DNA of 64,000 nucleotides, from NCBI RefSeq assembly GCF_006345805.1, contig NC_043009.1, positions 22,878,001 to 22,942,000 on the forward strand. Direction: 5' to 3'. Positions 11,792-23,020 of the stretch are shown one piece after another. The notes below the pieces were generated by a model. That model was not told where the DNA came from, did no database searches, and saw only the letters and a program-made list of their open reading frames with translations. Source of the stretch: Octopus sinensis (lineage: Eukaryota). A program made the position numbers and the translations under genes. Within the stretch, counting starts at the first letter, position 1. Every line of letters starts with the position of its first letter.

Positions 11792-13847
11792 ATATATATA
11801 TTTATTCTTGATACTGGTACTCTTCAAAATTAATTTGTTTTGATTAATCACACTAAAAAATCTGAGGAATATGAAAGCCAATCAGATGAATCTCAAGGAC
11901 TGCCTGTATACAGACTGTAGGAAGAAACTCTCAAGAGAGCTAAACAGCAAAAAGTCTTCAAAAACGAAATCCCACCTCAGACAGGTGTTTTGGCTTTTAA
12001 CTTCTTACACCCTAAAGGGGCCCAGGTTATGTCTGGGTCACCTTGGTACTCTTTGGATGACGTTTCTTAGCCGCTTGGATATTGGAGATTTGTGCATTTC
12101 ATTCTATACTTGTGCAAGGTGTCACTGTGACTTCTATTAAAGCCACAAGTCAACTAAGACCTTGTGAGTGGTTCTAATGGACAGAAACTGAGAAAAGTCA
12201 CTGGGTGTGTGTGTGTGTTTTAGTGTCTTCTCATCTCAACATTGTGTGATAGTTGTAAATGAGTGTCAGGGTCATATGATTGGTGTCCATTCCCAATCTT
12301 TCATGAAAACATTTCGCCATGGTTAAATATTACCTTGCTTGGAAAATGGAGTGAGAGTTAGCAACAGGAAGGGCACTTGGGTGTAGGAAATTTGTCGTCA
12401 CAAATTCTGCCCAACCTATATGAGCATGGAAAAGTGAACACTAGAATGATGATGATGACGATAACCAGTCAAGATGAAGTTCGAAGGGATGAATCTTGAA
12501 GGTTACCTATACATGTTCTCTGATCAATAATTAAGCAAGGATAGATCTGTGAATTAGCATATTTTTTATCTTTTACATTTTTCAGTCATTAGGCTGTGGC
12601 CATGCTGGAGCACTACCTTGGAGAATATTTAGCTAAATGAATCGACCCCAGCACTTATCTTTTCTTTTTGTTTTCAAGCCTGGTACTTACGTTATCTGTC
12701 TCTTTTGCTGAACAGCTAAGTTGTGGGGATGTAAACACACCAACAGGCTATAGTAGAGGGCACTTGCCCAAGGTTCCACACAATGGGACTGAACATGGAA
12801 CAATGAGGTTGGAAAGCAAGATGCTTACCACATAGTTATGGCTACTTATTTTAGCCAGTGGACTGCAGCCATGTTAGGGCAGCACCTTGAATAGTTTAGT
12901 AGAACAAATCAACTCATTATTTAAGCCTGTATTCATTATTGAAGTACTTGTTATTTAAGCCCAACGATTAAGTTACAGGGATGTAAACCAACCAACATGG
13001 TTAAGTGGTAATGGGAGATATCGAATAGGTACAAAGACACATACACACACATGACAAGCTTCTATACAGTTTCTGTCTACCAAATTCACTCACAAAGCAC
13101 TGGTCAGCTTTGAACTATAGTAGAAGACACTTACCCAAGGTGCTGTACAGTGCGCAACTGAACCTGAAACCATTTGGTTGCAAAACGAGCTTCTTAACCA
13201 CACAGCCATGCCTGCACCTATTCAGGTTTTGAAGTTAAATCTTACTCTGGTCAACTCTGCTTTTCAGATTTTCCAGAGGTGATAAAAGTACCAGGCAAGA
13301 ACTGGGTCCTACAGTTGACACCGAAATTTATGGTCTTGGGCCAACATTAGAAATCCATATTAATCAAGAAGGATGACTGGAAGAGGAATGACAAAACCAG
13401 CAGACATTTTGGTATTACCAGATTTAGATTTGCTCGTCAAGGGTCTGAGTTCAAATCTTGTCTTCTTTTTTTTTCCTTCTTGGGATCAATAAAATAAATA
13501 ATAGCTGTGTACCAACAGGGATTAGCTCAAATTACTATGACTCCTCATGATAAAGCTATGGTTTTGTGACAATAAAAGAAATCTTCAGAAATGTGAGGAT
13601 TGTTAAGCTGGTACTGAAGCAAGATAGTAAATAAGTTAGTAACCAAAGTTTGCCATGGTTCAAATTGCACTCAGGTGTGAATTCACTTTTTGTCCCTTCA
13701 AAGCTATCAAATAAATAACTAATCATTTAAAAGAGAAGAATCCATTCCATCACATGGTACTTAACTATCTAACCAAATACATAACTATTTCCAGCATTGA
13801 GTACTCTCTCTTTCTTTCTCTCACATTCATACTAAAGTATTCAATCT

Positions 13848-13883
<36 letters not shown>

Positions 13884-14203
13884 TCAATAAAGATTAGGCT
13901 GTTTGATCATCTGAGTAACCTGCTTCTGAAATGATACAGATCAACTCGAGGCTATAGAAAATGAATCAGCCCAAGATGCCTTGCAGTAAGATTGAAACTG
14001 GGACCTCATACTTTACAAAGCAAATCATTCAGTCATACTGCTTATATATATATATATATATCATCATCATCTTTGTTTAACATCCGCTTTCCATGCTGGC
14101 ATGTGTTGGACGGTTTGACTGAGGGCTGGCGAGCCAGCAGGCTGCACCAGGCTCCAATCTGATCTGGGTAAGTTTCTACAGCTGGATGCTCTTCCTAATG
14201 CCG

Positions 14204-14236
<33 letters not shown>

Positions 14237-14640
14237 TATATTCTTTCATTCTTTTACTGGTTTCAGTCATTTGACTATGGCCATGCTGGAGTACCACCTT
14301 GAAGGGTTTTTAGTCAAACAAACTGACCCCAGGACTTATTTTTTAAGCCTAGTACTTATTCTCTCGGTCTCTCTTTTCCAAACCACTACGTTACAGGTAC
14401 ATAAACACACCAACACCAGCTGTCAAGCAGTGATGAGAGGACAAACACAGACATACACACACACACACACATATATGATGGGCTTCATTCAGTTTCCGCC
14501 TACCAAATATACTCACACGGCGGCTTTAGTCGGCCCTGAAGATATAGTAGAAGACACTTGCCCAAGGAGTCACACAGTGGAACTGAACCTGGAACTGTGT
14601 GGCTGGGAAGCAAGCTTCTTACCACACAACCAAGCCTGCA

Positions 14641-14700
<60 letters not shown>

Positions 14701-15631
14701 TGTTTATATTTCACTTGTTCAGTCACTGGACTGTGGCCATGCTGGGGCAGCACTTTCAAAGGTTAAATCAAACAACAGACCCTAGTATTTATGTTTTTTT
14801 AAAGACTGTTACTTATTATGTTGGTAACTTTTGCCAAAATGCTTATTGGGTTGTAAACAAACCAACACCAGTTATCTAGTGATTGGCGGTAGTGGTGGGA
14901 ACAAATGCAAACACCCACCAACACATGTACACACACAATGGGGCTTCCACACAGTTTCTGTCTACTTAATTCACTTACAAACCATTTGTCATCCTGGGGA
15001 TGTAAAAGAAGACACTTGCCCAAGGTGCCATGCAGTGGGACTGAACCAGAAACCACATGGATGCAAAGCAAGCTTCTTAACCTCACAGACTTATACATAC
15101 GTATATACATACATACATACAGGCAGACAGACAGACAGACAATTCACATTCAACATTGTATCATTAAAAACCAAACACTGTGAAAAAATTAATTAGTAAA
15201 GTGTAAACCACTCATCTGAAGTTTTGATGGATTTTATTTTTCCTTCCTTTCTTTTGTCACCTGTTACATTTTTCAATAATATAGATATATATTCACATAC
15301 ATATATAAAAAGAATAAGCTTCAATGAACAAAGATCCTAACCGTTCAAAATACTTTTTTTTATATCTCACGAATGTCAATAAGATACAATCTTTATGTAT
15401 CTGCTGTCTGCTTTATGAAGATGTAATTCCTTTCAGCTACAACAATATTTGAAGTACATAAAATGTAGAATGAAAAGTATAGGAAATTGTATTTGAGAGA
15501 CACAATTCAAATTAGTGGACTTTAAATGTTCCTGTCGAACACAAAATGTTTCCTTTTTCCACTGAAAAGTTACTTTCCTGAAAGCCTTTTGAGCTTTGTA
15601 TTAACTGATAATTTTAATCAGTTTGAATAAT

Positions 15632-15741
15632 AGGTGCAGGCATGGCTGTGTGGTAAGAGGCTTGCTTCCTAACCAGGTGATCCTGAGTTCAGTCCCACTG
15701 CTAGCATGGGGAAGTGGATGTTAAACTATGATGATGATGAT
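15632..15741 (+). mobile_element. Miniature SINE: family-A head fused directly to RTE-type 3' tail
   Basis: GGTGCAGGCATGGCTGTGTGG..GAGTTCAGTCCCACTGC runs straight into TAGCATGGGGAAGTGGATGTTAAACTATGATGATGAT. Confidence 0.7.
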
Positions 15742-16554
15742 TACAGCTTGCTCTTTTCTATATTTGTTTATTTTTATTTGTTCCTTTATCTTTTAATTGT
15801 ATTAGTCATTACACTGCGGCCATGCTGGGGCACTGTTTTGAAGAGTTTTTTTCTCAGTTGAATGAATAGACTCTGGTACGTTTTTTTTAAAAAAAAGCTT
15901 GGTACTTATTCTATCAGTCACTTTTGCTGAACTGCTAAGTTACAGGGACATAAACATGCCAATACTGGTTATCAGGAGGTGATGGGGGATAAACACTGAC
16001 ACATAAATAAATAAATACATACACACACACACAAAGGGTTTCTTTCAGTTACCACCTACCAAATCCACTCACAAGACTTTGGTCAGCCTGAGGATATAGC
16101 AGAATACACTTGCTCAAGGTGCCATGCAGCGGAACTGAACCCGGAACTGTGTGGCTGAGAAGCAAGCTTCTTACCACACAACCACACCTACACCTATTCT
16201 TTTATTCTTTTACTTGTTTCAGTCATTTGACTGCAGCCGTGCTGGAGCACCTCCTTAAGTCGAACAAATCGACCCCAGGACTCATTCTTTGTAAGCCTAG
16301 TTCTTATTCTATCAGTTTCTTTTGCTGAACCACTAAGTTACGGGGACGTAAACACACTAGCATCTGTTGTCAAGCGATGGTAGGGAGACAAATACACATA
16401 CACACACACATATACAACCGACTTCTTTCAGTTTTCGTCTACCAAATCCACTCACAAGGCTTTGGTCAGCCCGAGGCTATAGTAGAAGACACTTGTCAAA
16501 GAGGCAGAAAGAGAGAGAGAGAGAAAGAGTGAGAGAGAGAGAAAGAGAGAGCAT

Positions 16555-16616
16555 GTAAATTTTGGAAGCTTGGTTAGATTTTTTTTCTCTCTCTAACCAA
16601 ACCTCCAAAAATTCAC
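16555..16616 (-). ncRNA. Candidate pre-miRNA-sized hairpin
   Basis: Minus-strand RNA folds into a 24-bp stem (3 G-U pairs, one bulged U) with a 13-nt loop. There is no expression evidence. Confidence 0.3.
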
Positions 16617-16695
16617 CACACAGACACATCTAGATTCAAAATAACAAAGAAGATTGTCTTCCCAATTCAACTCCAGATTTCCTCAACTCACTCAC

Positions 16696-16723
16696 AGACA
16701 TATAAGTAAAAGGCATGAATTTT
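16696..16723 (-). CDS. Candidate 28-nt coding exon of unidentified host gene (phase 0->1: KIHAFYLYV)
   Basis: Acceptor TTATTTATTTACAG and donor CT|GTGAGT, in non-repeat sequence. It is short, so chance occurrence is possible. Confidence 0.25.
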
Positions 16724-16916
16724 CTGTAAATAAATAATTCATGAAGAACTTCTCAAAAAGAGATAAAAGTGGTAAAAATAAAAATTATAAAAAATTAGTA
16801 TAAAACTCTTTACATATCAACCATCTCACAAACCTGTTTGTGAGGAGTGTTCCAATGGTCATGAAATAAATTATAAAAATACACAATAAATCACATTGCA
16901 ACTTTGTAATCAAGTA

Positions 16917-17113
16917 TACTCTTTTACTTGTTTCAGTTGTTTGATTGTAGCCATGCTGGAGCACTGCCTTTAATCGAGCAAACTGACCCCAGGACTTATT
17001 CTTTGTAAGCCTAGTACTTATCCTATTGGTCTCTTTTGCTGAACTGCTAAGTTACGGGGATGTAAACACACCAGCTTCAGTTGGCAAGCGATGCTAGGGG
17101 ACAAACACAGACG

Positions 17114-17162
<49 letters not shown>

Positions 17163-18900
17163 CAGTAAGGTGAGGGTTGGTAACGAGTACAGTGAAGAAT
17201 TCCGAGTAGAGGTAGGGGTCCACCAAGGCTCAGTCCTCAGCCCCCTCCTATTTATCATAGTCCTCCAGGCAATAAAGGGGGAATTCAAGACAGGATGCCC
17301 CTGGGAGCTCCTCTATGCTGATGACCTTGCTCTAATTACTGAGTCACTATCAGAACTGGAGGAGAAGTTTCAGGTGTGAAAGTAAGGATTAGAATTGAAA
17401 GGCCTAGAGTCAATCTAGCTAAAAACAAAGTCCTAATAAGTAGGAAGGTAGACAAATCACAAACGCCTTCGGGTAGATGGCCCTGCTCGATCTGTAGAAA
17501 AGGTGTAGATAGAAACTCTATAAGATGCACCAAGTGTAAGCTATGGACACATAAGAGGTGCAGCAATGTCAAAGGAAGGCTAACTAGGAAGATAGTTTTT
17601 GTATGTGGCAGAGGCTCAGGAGCAATAAACAGTGAAAATGCTCTGAGACCAACCTCTGCCACATTCCAGGGAGAAAAACTAGAAATAGTTGATAGCTTCC
17701 GCTACCTAGGTGACCTAGTCAGTAGCGGGGGTGGGTGTGCTGAAAGTGTAACTGCTAGAGTTAGAATAGCTTGGGCAAAGTTCAGAGAGCTCTTACCTCT
17801 GCTGGTGACAAAAGGCCTCTCGCTCAGAGTAAAAGGCAGACTGTATGACGCGTGTGTACGAATAGCCATGCTACATGGCAGTGAAACATGGGCCGTGACT
17901 GCTGAGGATATGCATAAGCTCGCAAGAAATGAAGCCAGTATGCTCCGATGGATGTGTAATGTCAGTGTTCATACTCGACAGAGTGTAAGTACCTTGAGAG
18001 AAAAGTTGGACCTAAGAAGCATCAGTTGTGGTGTGCAAGAGAGACGTTTGCGCTGGTATGGTCATGTGGCGAGAATGGATGAAGATAGTTGTGTGAAAAA
18101 ATGCCACACCCTAGTGGTTGAGGGAACCCGTGGAAGAGGCAGACCCAGGAAAACCTGGGACGAGGCGGTGAAGCACGACTTTCGAACTTTAGGTCTCACT
18201 GAGGAAATGACTAGAGACCGAGACCTATAGAAGTATGCTGTGCATGAGAAGACCCAGCAGGACAAGTGAGACCATAACCCGTGGCCTCTACACGGGATGT
18301 AGCCAGTCCACTTATGCATACCTCTCCTTCTTGGGACACAAAACTCTACTTGTGAAGACCTGTTAAGGCAAGTGAGAATCGAAATCGATCAACATCAATG
18401 GAAATTGCAGCTGTGATACCAGTGCCGGTGGCACGTAAGAGAACCATCCGAACGTGGCCGTTGCCAGCACGCCCCGACCGGCCTTGTGCCGGTGGCACGT
18501 GAAAAGCACCATCCGTTCGTGGCCATTGCCAGCCTCGCATGGCCCCCGTGCCGGTGGTACGTAAAAAGCACCAACCGGTCGTGGCCATTTGCCAGCCTCG
18601 TCTGGCACCTGTGCCGATGGCACATAAAAAGCACCCACTACACTCACGGAGTGGTTGGCGTTAGGAAGGGCATCCAGCCGTAGAAACATTGCCAGATCAG
18701 ACTGGGCCTGGTGCAGCCTTCTGGCTTCCCAGACGCTAAACAATGATGATGATGACAGGCTTCTGTCAGTTTCTGTCTACCAAATCCACTCACAAGGCTT
18801 TGGTCAGCCTGAGATTATCGTAGAAGACACTTGCTTAAGGTACCACGCAGTGGGACTGAACCCATAAACATGTGGTTAGTAAGCAAGCTACTTACCACGC
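16917..18900 (-). mobile_element. SINE family A copy split by an RTE LINE insertion
   Basis: The tail half lies at 16917-17165 and the head half at 18752-18900. They join as ...TATATATGACAGGCTTCT, as in the intact copy near 1800. Confidence 0.85.
17166..18751 (+). mobile_element. 5'-truncated RTE-clade LINE (RT C-half, PHD-like insert, long 3' UTR, (GAT)n tail)
   Basis: GVHQGSVLSPLLFIIVLQAI..PWELLYADDL; FRYLGD..RVRIAWAKFRELLPLL; LHGSETWAVT; RRLRWYGHVARM; RGRGRPRKTW. Stops and a frameshift occur near 17377-17405. The TSD ATGACAG is at 17159-17165 and 18752-18758. Confidence 0.95.
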
Positions 18901-18904
18901 CGTC

Positions 18905-19140
18905 ATTCAATGGCGAGCTGGCAGAACCGTTAGCGCACCGAGCGAAATGCTTAGCGGTATTTTGCCTGCGGTTACGTTCTGAGTTCAAATTCCGCCGAGG
19001 TCGACTTTGCCTTTCATCCTTTCGGGGTCAATTAAATAAGTACCAGTTACGCACTGGGGTCGATATAATCGACTTAATCTGTTTGTCTGTCCTTGTTTGG
19101 CCTCTCTGTGTTTAGCCCTTTGTGGGCAGTAAAGAAATAG
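18905..19140 (+). mobile_element. tRNA-derived SINE family 'B' (central domain resembling Meta-type SINEs)
   Basis: Head GGCGAGCTGGCAGAACCGTTAG..GAGTTCAAATTCC, then GAGGTCGACTTTGCCTTTCATCCTTTCGGGGTC..AAGTACCAG. Other copies lie at ~7645-7850(+), 21490-21690(-), 34780-35000(+), 35280-35480(-), 59110-59310(-). The domain name is from recall. Confidence 0.8.
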
Positions 19141-19429
19141 GTGTACCCCATTGGTGTTGTTTAATTCTCTTTGTAATAAAAAAAGAAAAAGGATTATTGT
19201 GATGAAACAAGATCATGATGAACCTAGCACTCCATCTGGTAAACAAGCAAGGCCTAGACTCTTTGCAGTGAAGGAAATTATTGAGGATATTCTTTGGACA
19301 AAGAATCTACCCTTATACAGGCAATAAGAGTGACTCAGACAATCAAACAGACAAAAGTGATAAGGAAAATAGCAATTTCAGTAAACAAATACAGTATTTG
19401 AGAGATAGGACTATTATTGTAATTCTTAA

Positions 19430-19800
19430 TTTTTTTGTAATTCTGTCCATTAGTTTGCCTACAATTGTTATTCTTGAGGTGTTATGCAACTATTAATTTT
19501 TTTGCTTAGAATCCCAGGTCTGATAGGGTTACGGTTGACCAATATTCCATTTAATTTGCCTGAAAATGCAATTTTGTTTTCTTTCTGTTGTACCATTCTT
19601 TCCACCTGCTACCAAAGAACAAAATCCAACAAAAACATTCCAAAATAAACGAATAAAGAAAATGAAATAAAAATATCCATAACATTCCTACCTTCTATTT
19701 TAAGCAGTTCATATGCCTCTCTCCGTCCTAAGAAAAATCCAAGATGAAATTCTAAAGGTTCTCTGATGGAATCAGGATCTAAAAACCGAAAAATTAAAAA
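19430..19800 (+). mobile_element. Decayed L1/Tx1-like RT fragment
   Basis: LS..L.TIVILEVL.N....NPR..RVTVD..I*FA* resembles 'LSPLLF.IVLEVLA.AI...I.G....K..LFADD'. Further on, AVHMPLSVLRKIQDEILKVL*WN resembles the L1 thumb region. It is homologous to 150-240. Confidence 0.45.
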
Positions 19801-19977
19801 TATAAAAATAGGTTCAAACATGGCTGTGGGATTAAGAAGCTTGCTTTGCAACTATGTCGTTTCAGGTTCAGTCCCACTGTATAGCACCTTAGGCAAGTGT
19901 CTTCTACTATAGCCTCAGGTTGATCTCACCCATGAGAATGAACTTGGTAGAGAGAAACTCAGTGGTAGCCCATCACA

Positions 19978-20187
19978 CGAGGGGTGCTGAAAAGTTCCTG
20001 GTTTTGGGTGAAAGAAAATAGAAGAGGATCACATGATTTTATTCAACATTTTCCCCTCTCAGATTCACACACTCATTGCAGCAGTCTTTCAGTTTTTCTA
20101 AGCACTGTAAAAGAACTCACAAGGTTGGGCCTCCAACCAGGCCTTTTGCGATACCTTTAAAGCCAGGAACTTTTCACCACACCCTTG
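19978..20187. mobile_element. Mariner-type MITE nested in a family-A SINE
   Basis: TIRs CGAGGGGTGCTGAAAAGTTCCTGGTTTT / AAAGCCAGGAACTTTTCACCACACCCTTG. The SINE head lies at ~19815-19970 and the SINE body resumes at ~20190. Confidence 0.8.
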
Positions 20188-20702
20188 TGTGTGTATGCAT
20201 GTGTGTGCGTGTCTTTGTACCTGTGTTTGTCTCCTACAACTGTTTGACAACTAGTGTTAATTTGTTTACATCTCCATAACTTGGCAGTTCAGCAAAAAGT
20301 ATAGACAGAATAAGTACCAGGCTTTAAAATATAATTGCAGGGGTTTAATTGCTTGATCAAATCCGTCAAAGTGATACCCCAGGATGGCTGCAGTCCTATG
20401 ACTGAAACAAGTAAAAGACAAAAAAAAAAGTGGGACGTAAGTAGGTCTTTCATGAGTTCAAGGCTGATTACAACCAAAGCTTGACCTGGTTTCTGTGGAA
20501 GATACAGGACAGAGATTACAAAACTCCTCCTCAGAATAAGATGCTGTTCTGTTACAGTGTTAGCTTCTCAGCTGTTGCTAAAACTCATTTACAGCTGAAT
20601 GAACAGGTGTAACATGAAATGAGTTGCTTTGCTAAAGAACACAATACACTGCCTTGTCCAGAAAACAAATGATACTGTATGAATGAGCCTTTTGTTTCCA
20701 AA

Positions 20703-20870
20703 GGCATAGGAGTGGCTGTGTGGTAAGTAGCTTGCTTACCAACCACATGGTTCCGGGTTCAGTCCCATTGCGTGGCACCTTAGGCAAGTGTCTTTTACTA
20801 TAGCCTCGGGCCGACCAAAGCCTTGTGAGTGGATTTGGTAGACGGAAACTGAAAGAAGCCCGTTGTATAA

Positions 20871-20911
<41 letters not shown>

Positions 20912-21110
20912 TCTGTGTTTGTCCCCCCCAACATTGCTTGACAACTGATGGATGTGTGATTACGTCCCTGTAACTTAGTGGTTTGGTAAAAGAGACCGAT
21001 AGAATAAGTACTAGGCTTACAAAGAATAAGTCCTGGGGTCGATTTGCTCGACTAAAGGCAGTGCTCCAGCATGGCCACAGTCAAATGACTGAAACAAATA
21101 AAAGAGTAAA
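20703..21110 (+). mobile_element. tRNA-derived SINE family A, well-preserved copy
   Basis: Complete head, core, (TA)n linker and tail, with the 3' hairpin CAGTC-AAAT-GACTG at 21078-21091. Confidence 0.9.
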
Positions 21111-22804
21111 GCACAAACCAAGAAAACACAGACAAGTTTTCACAGTGGACTGCAAGCAAATAGCACAATGAAGCTATTATTTACAACCAGTGAACACATT
21201 CAAAGAGGAGGGGAAATATGACCTCACACAAACAAACAAGCACACACACATACATACATACATATGATGAGCTTCTTTCAGATCCCATCAACTGAATCCA
21301 CTCACAAGACCTTGATCAGTTTATGGCTATTGTTTCATCTTTTATTTGTATTTGTTTCAGTCAATGGACAGCTGCCATGCAAGAACACTTCTTTGATGAA
21401 CTCCAGTAATTCTTTTTAAAGTTGTGTAGTTATTCTATCAGTGTCCTGCCAAACTAAGTTACTGGGATGTAAACACACACACACACACACACATATTTCT
21501 TTATTGCTCACAGCGGGCTAACCATAGAGGGGACAAACAATGACAGATAAAGGGATTAAGTCAATTACATTGACCCCACTGTGTAACTGGCAAAGTTGAC
21601 CTCGGCGGAATTTGAACTCAGAACGTAACGGCAGACGAAATACCGCTAAGCATTTCGCCCGGCGTGCTAATGATTCTGCCAGCTCACCACCCTATATATA
21701 TATATATACACACACACATATATACATAAGCTGATAGATGTAAAGAATAGAGATGGTAAATCTGTACTACATACATCCAAGCAAAGCTGAACATATGTTA
21801 TGTAATTCAGTCATGTAAAGCACAGGTAAAGATACTAGAAGGTAAGTTGAACTGAATATATATGTTACACATTTTAGTTACATAACACCTGTTCAGTTTT
21901 GCTTGAAAACATATGTAGTATGGATTTACCTTCTCCATTCCTTACAGCAATCAGTTTATGATAGCATAATTAGCAAGTTTTGTTGCTAAACTCTGAGTTG
22001 TATAGTTGCAGTCATCTTATTGAAATTTCCATCAAATTCAATATAGGATAAAGTGTCTATCATACATTAACTTTGTTGATCAAGTTTCATCTAGCTTACA
22101 TCATGTATACAAGGTGTGTATATGCTTGATGCTAACTAATTGCCTATATCAAGATCTTTTTGGATCACACTACTCCATTACTACACACACGTTAAGCTTC
22201 CATACAGTTTCTGTCTACCTATTTTACTCAAAAGGCATTGCTCAACCCCAGGCTATATTAAAAAACACTTACCCAATATGCCACACAATGGGATTGAACT
22301 CTTAACCAAATGATTGCAAAGTAACCACACAGCCATGCCATGCTGCTCTAGTAAAAGAGACACTTGAACACTTGTTACAGGGGGATGTCTGTTGTAAATA
22401 ACCAAGCCAACTCAGAAGTGATAGCAGTACCTGTAATTAATTCAACAGACTGAGACAGGTAGAGTCATTTATATACCTGCAGATAAGAAAAAGCACAGGT
22501 GTGGCTGTGCGGTTAAAAAGTTTATTTCCAGGCTACATGGTTTCAGGTTCAGTCCTAATGCATGGCTTTGGGCAAGCCAGATAAAGCCTTGTGAATTAAT
22601 CTGGTAAATGGAAGCCGAAAGACGTCCTGCATGTGTGCACATGTCTCTTTCTTTCTCTCTCTCTCTCTCTCTCTCTGTTTTGACACTGCATGATAATTGT
22701 AAATGAATGTCACTGTCATACAAGTAGTGTCATTCATACTCCAATCAACCCATGCAAGCATTGAAAGACAGACATTAAAATGATGATGATGAATTTTCAT
22801 TTAA

Positions 22805-23020
22805 CATTTCGTTATCATATTTCTGTTAACACATACTACTTTGTTTCAAATTATTTTTAAAATAATGGAAAACTTGGGAACAAATTTTTTCTCATTATTA
22901 AGCTGGTGCCTGGAGCAAATTGACATAAAATTTTGGCAGATTATAATTTAGATCACTTAAAAACAAGTTTGTGTCATATAGAACCTGGGGCAGTGTCAGG
23001 TAAGGTTGGTATCAAGGGGG
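22805..23020. mobile_element. piggyBac-type MITE
   Basis: TTAA at 22801-22804 and 23021-23024, with ends CATTTCGTTATC / GGTATCAAGGGGG. It is related to 8183-8396. Confidence 0.65.

Noticed and set aside
18422-18634. Regularly spaced palindromic repeats as a CRISPR array
   Set aside because: The inter-repeat sequences are homologous to each other, the context is a eukaryotic LINE 3' UTR, and there are no cas genes.
19692-19778. Minus-strand 87-nt exon-like segment (DPDSIREPLEFHLGFFLGRREAYELLKIE, superficially SH2-like)
   Set aside because: The opposite strand reads as an L1-type thumb region within a LINE remnant, so the open antisense frame is probably incidental. Exonisation cannot be excluded without RNA data.
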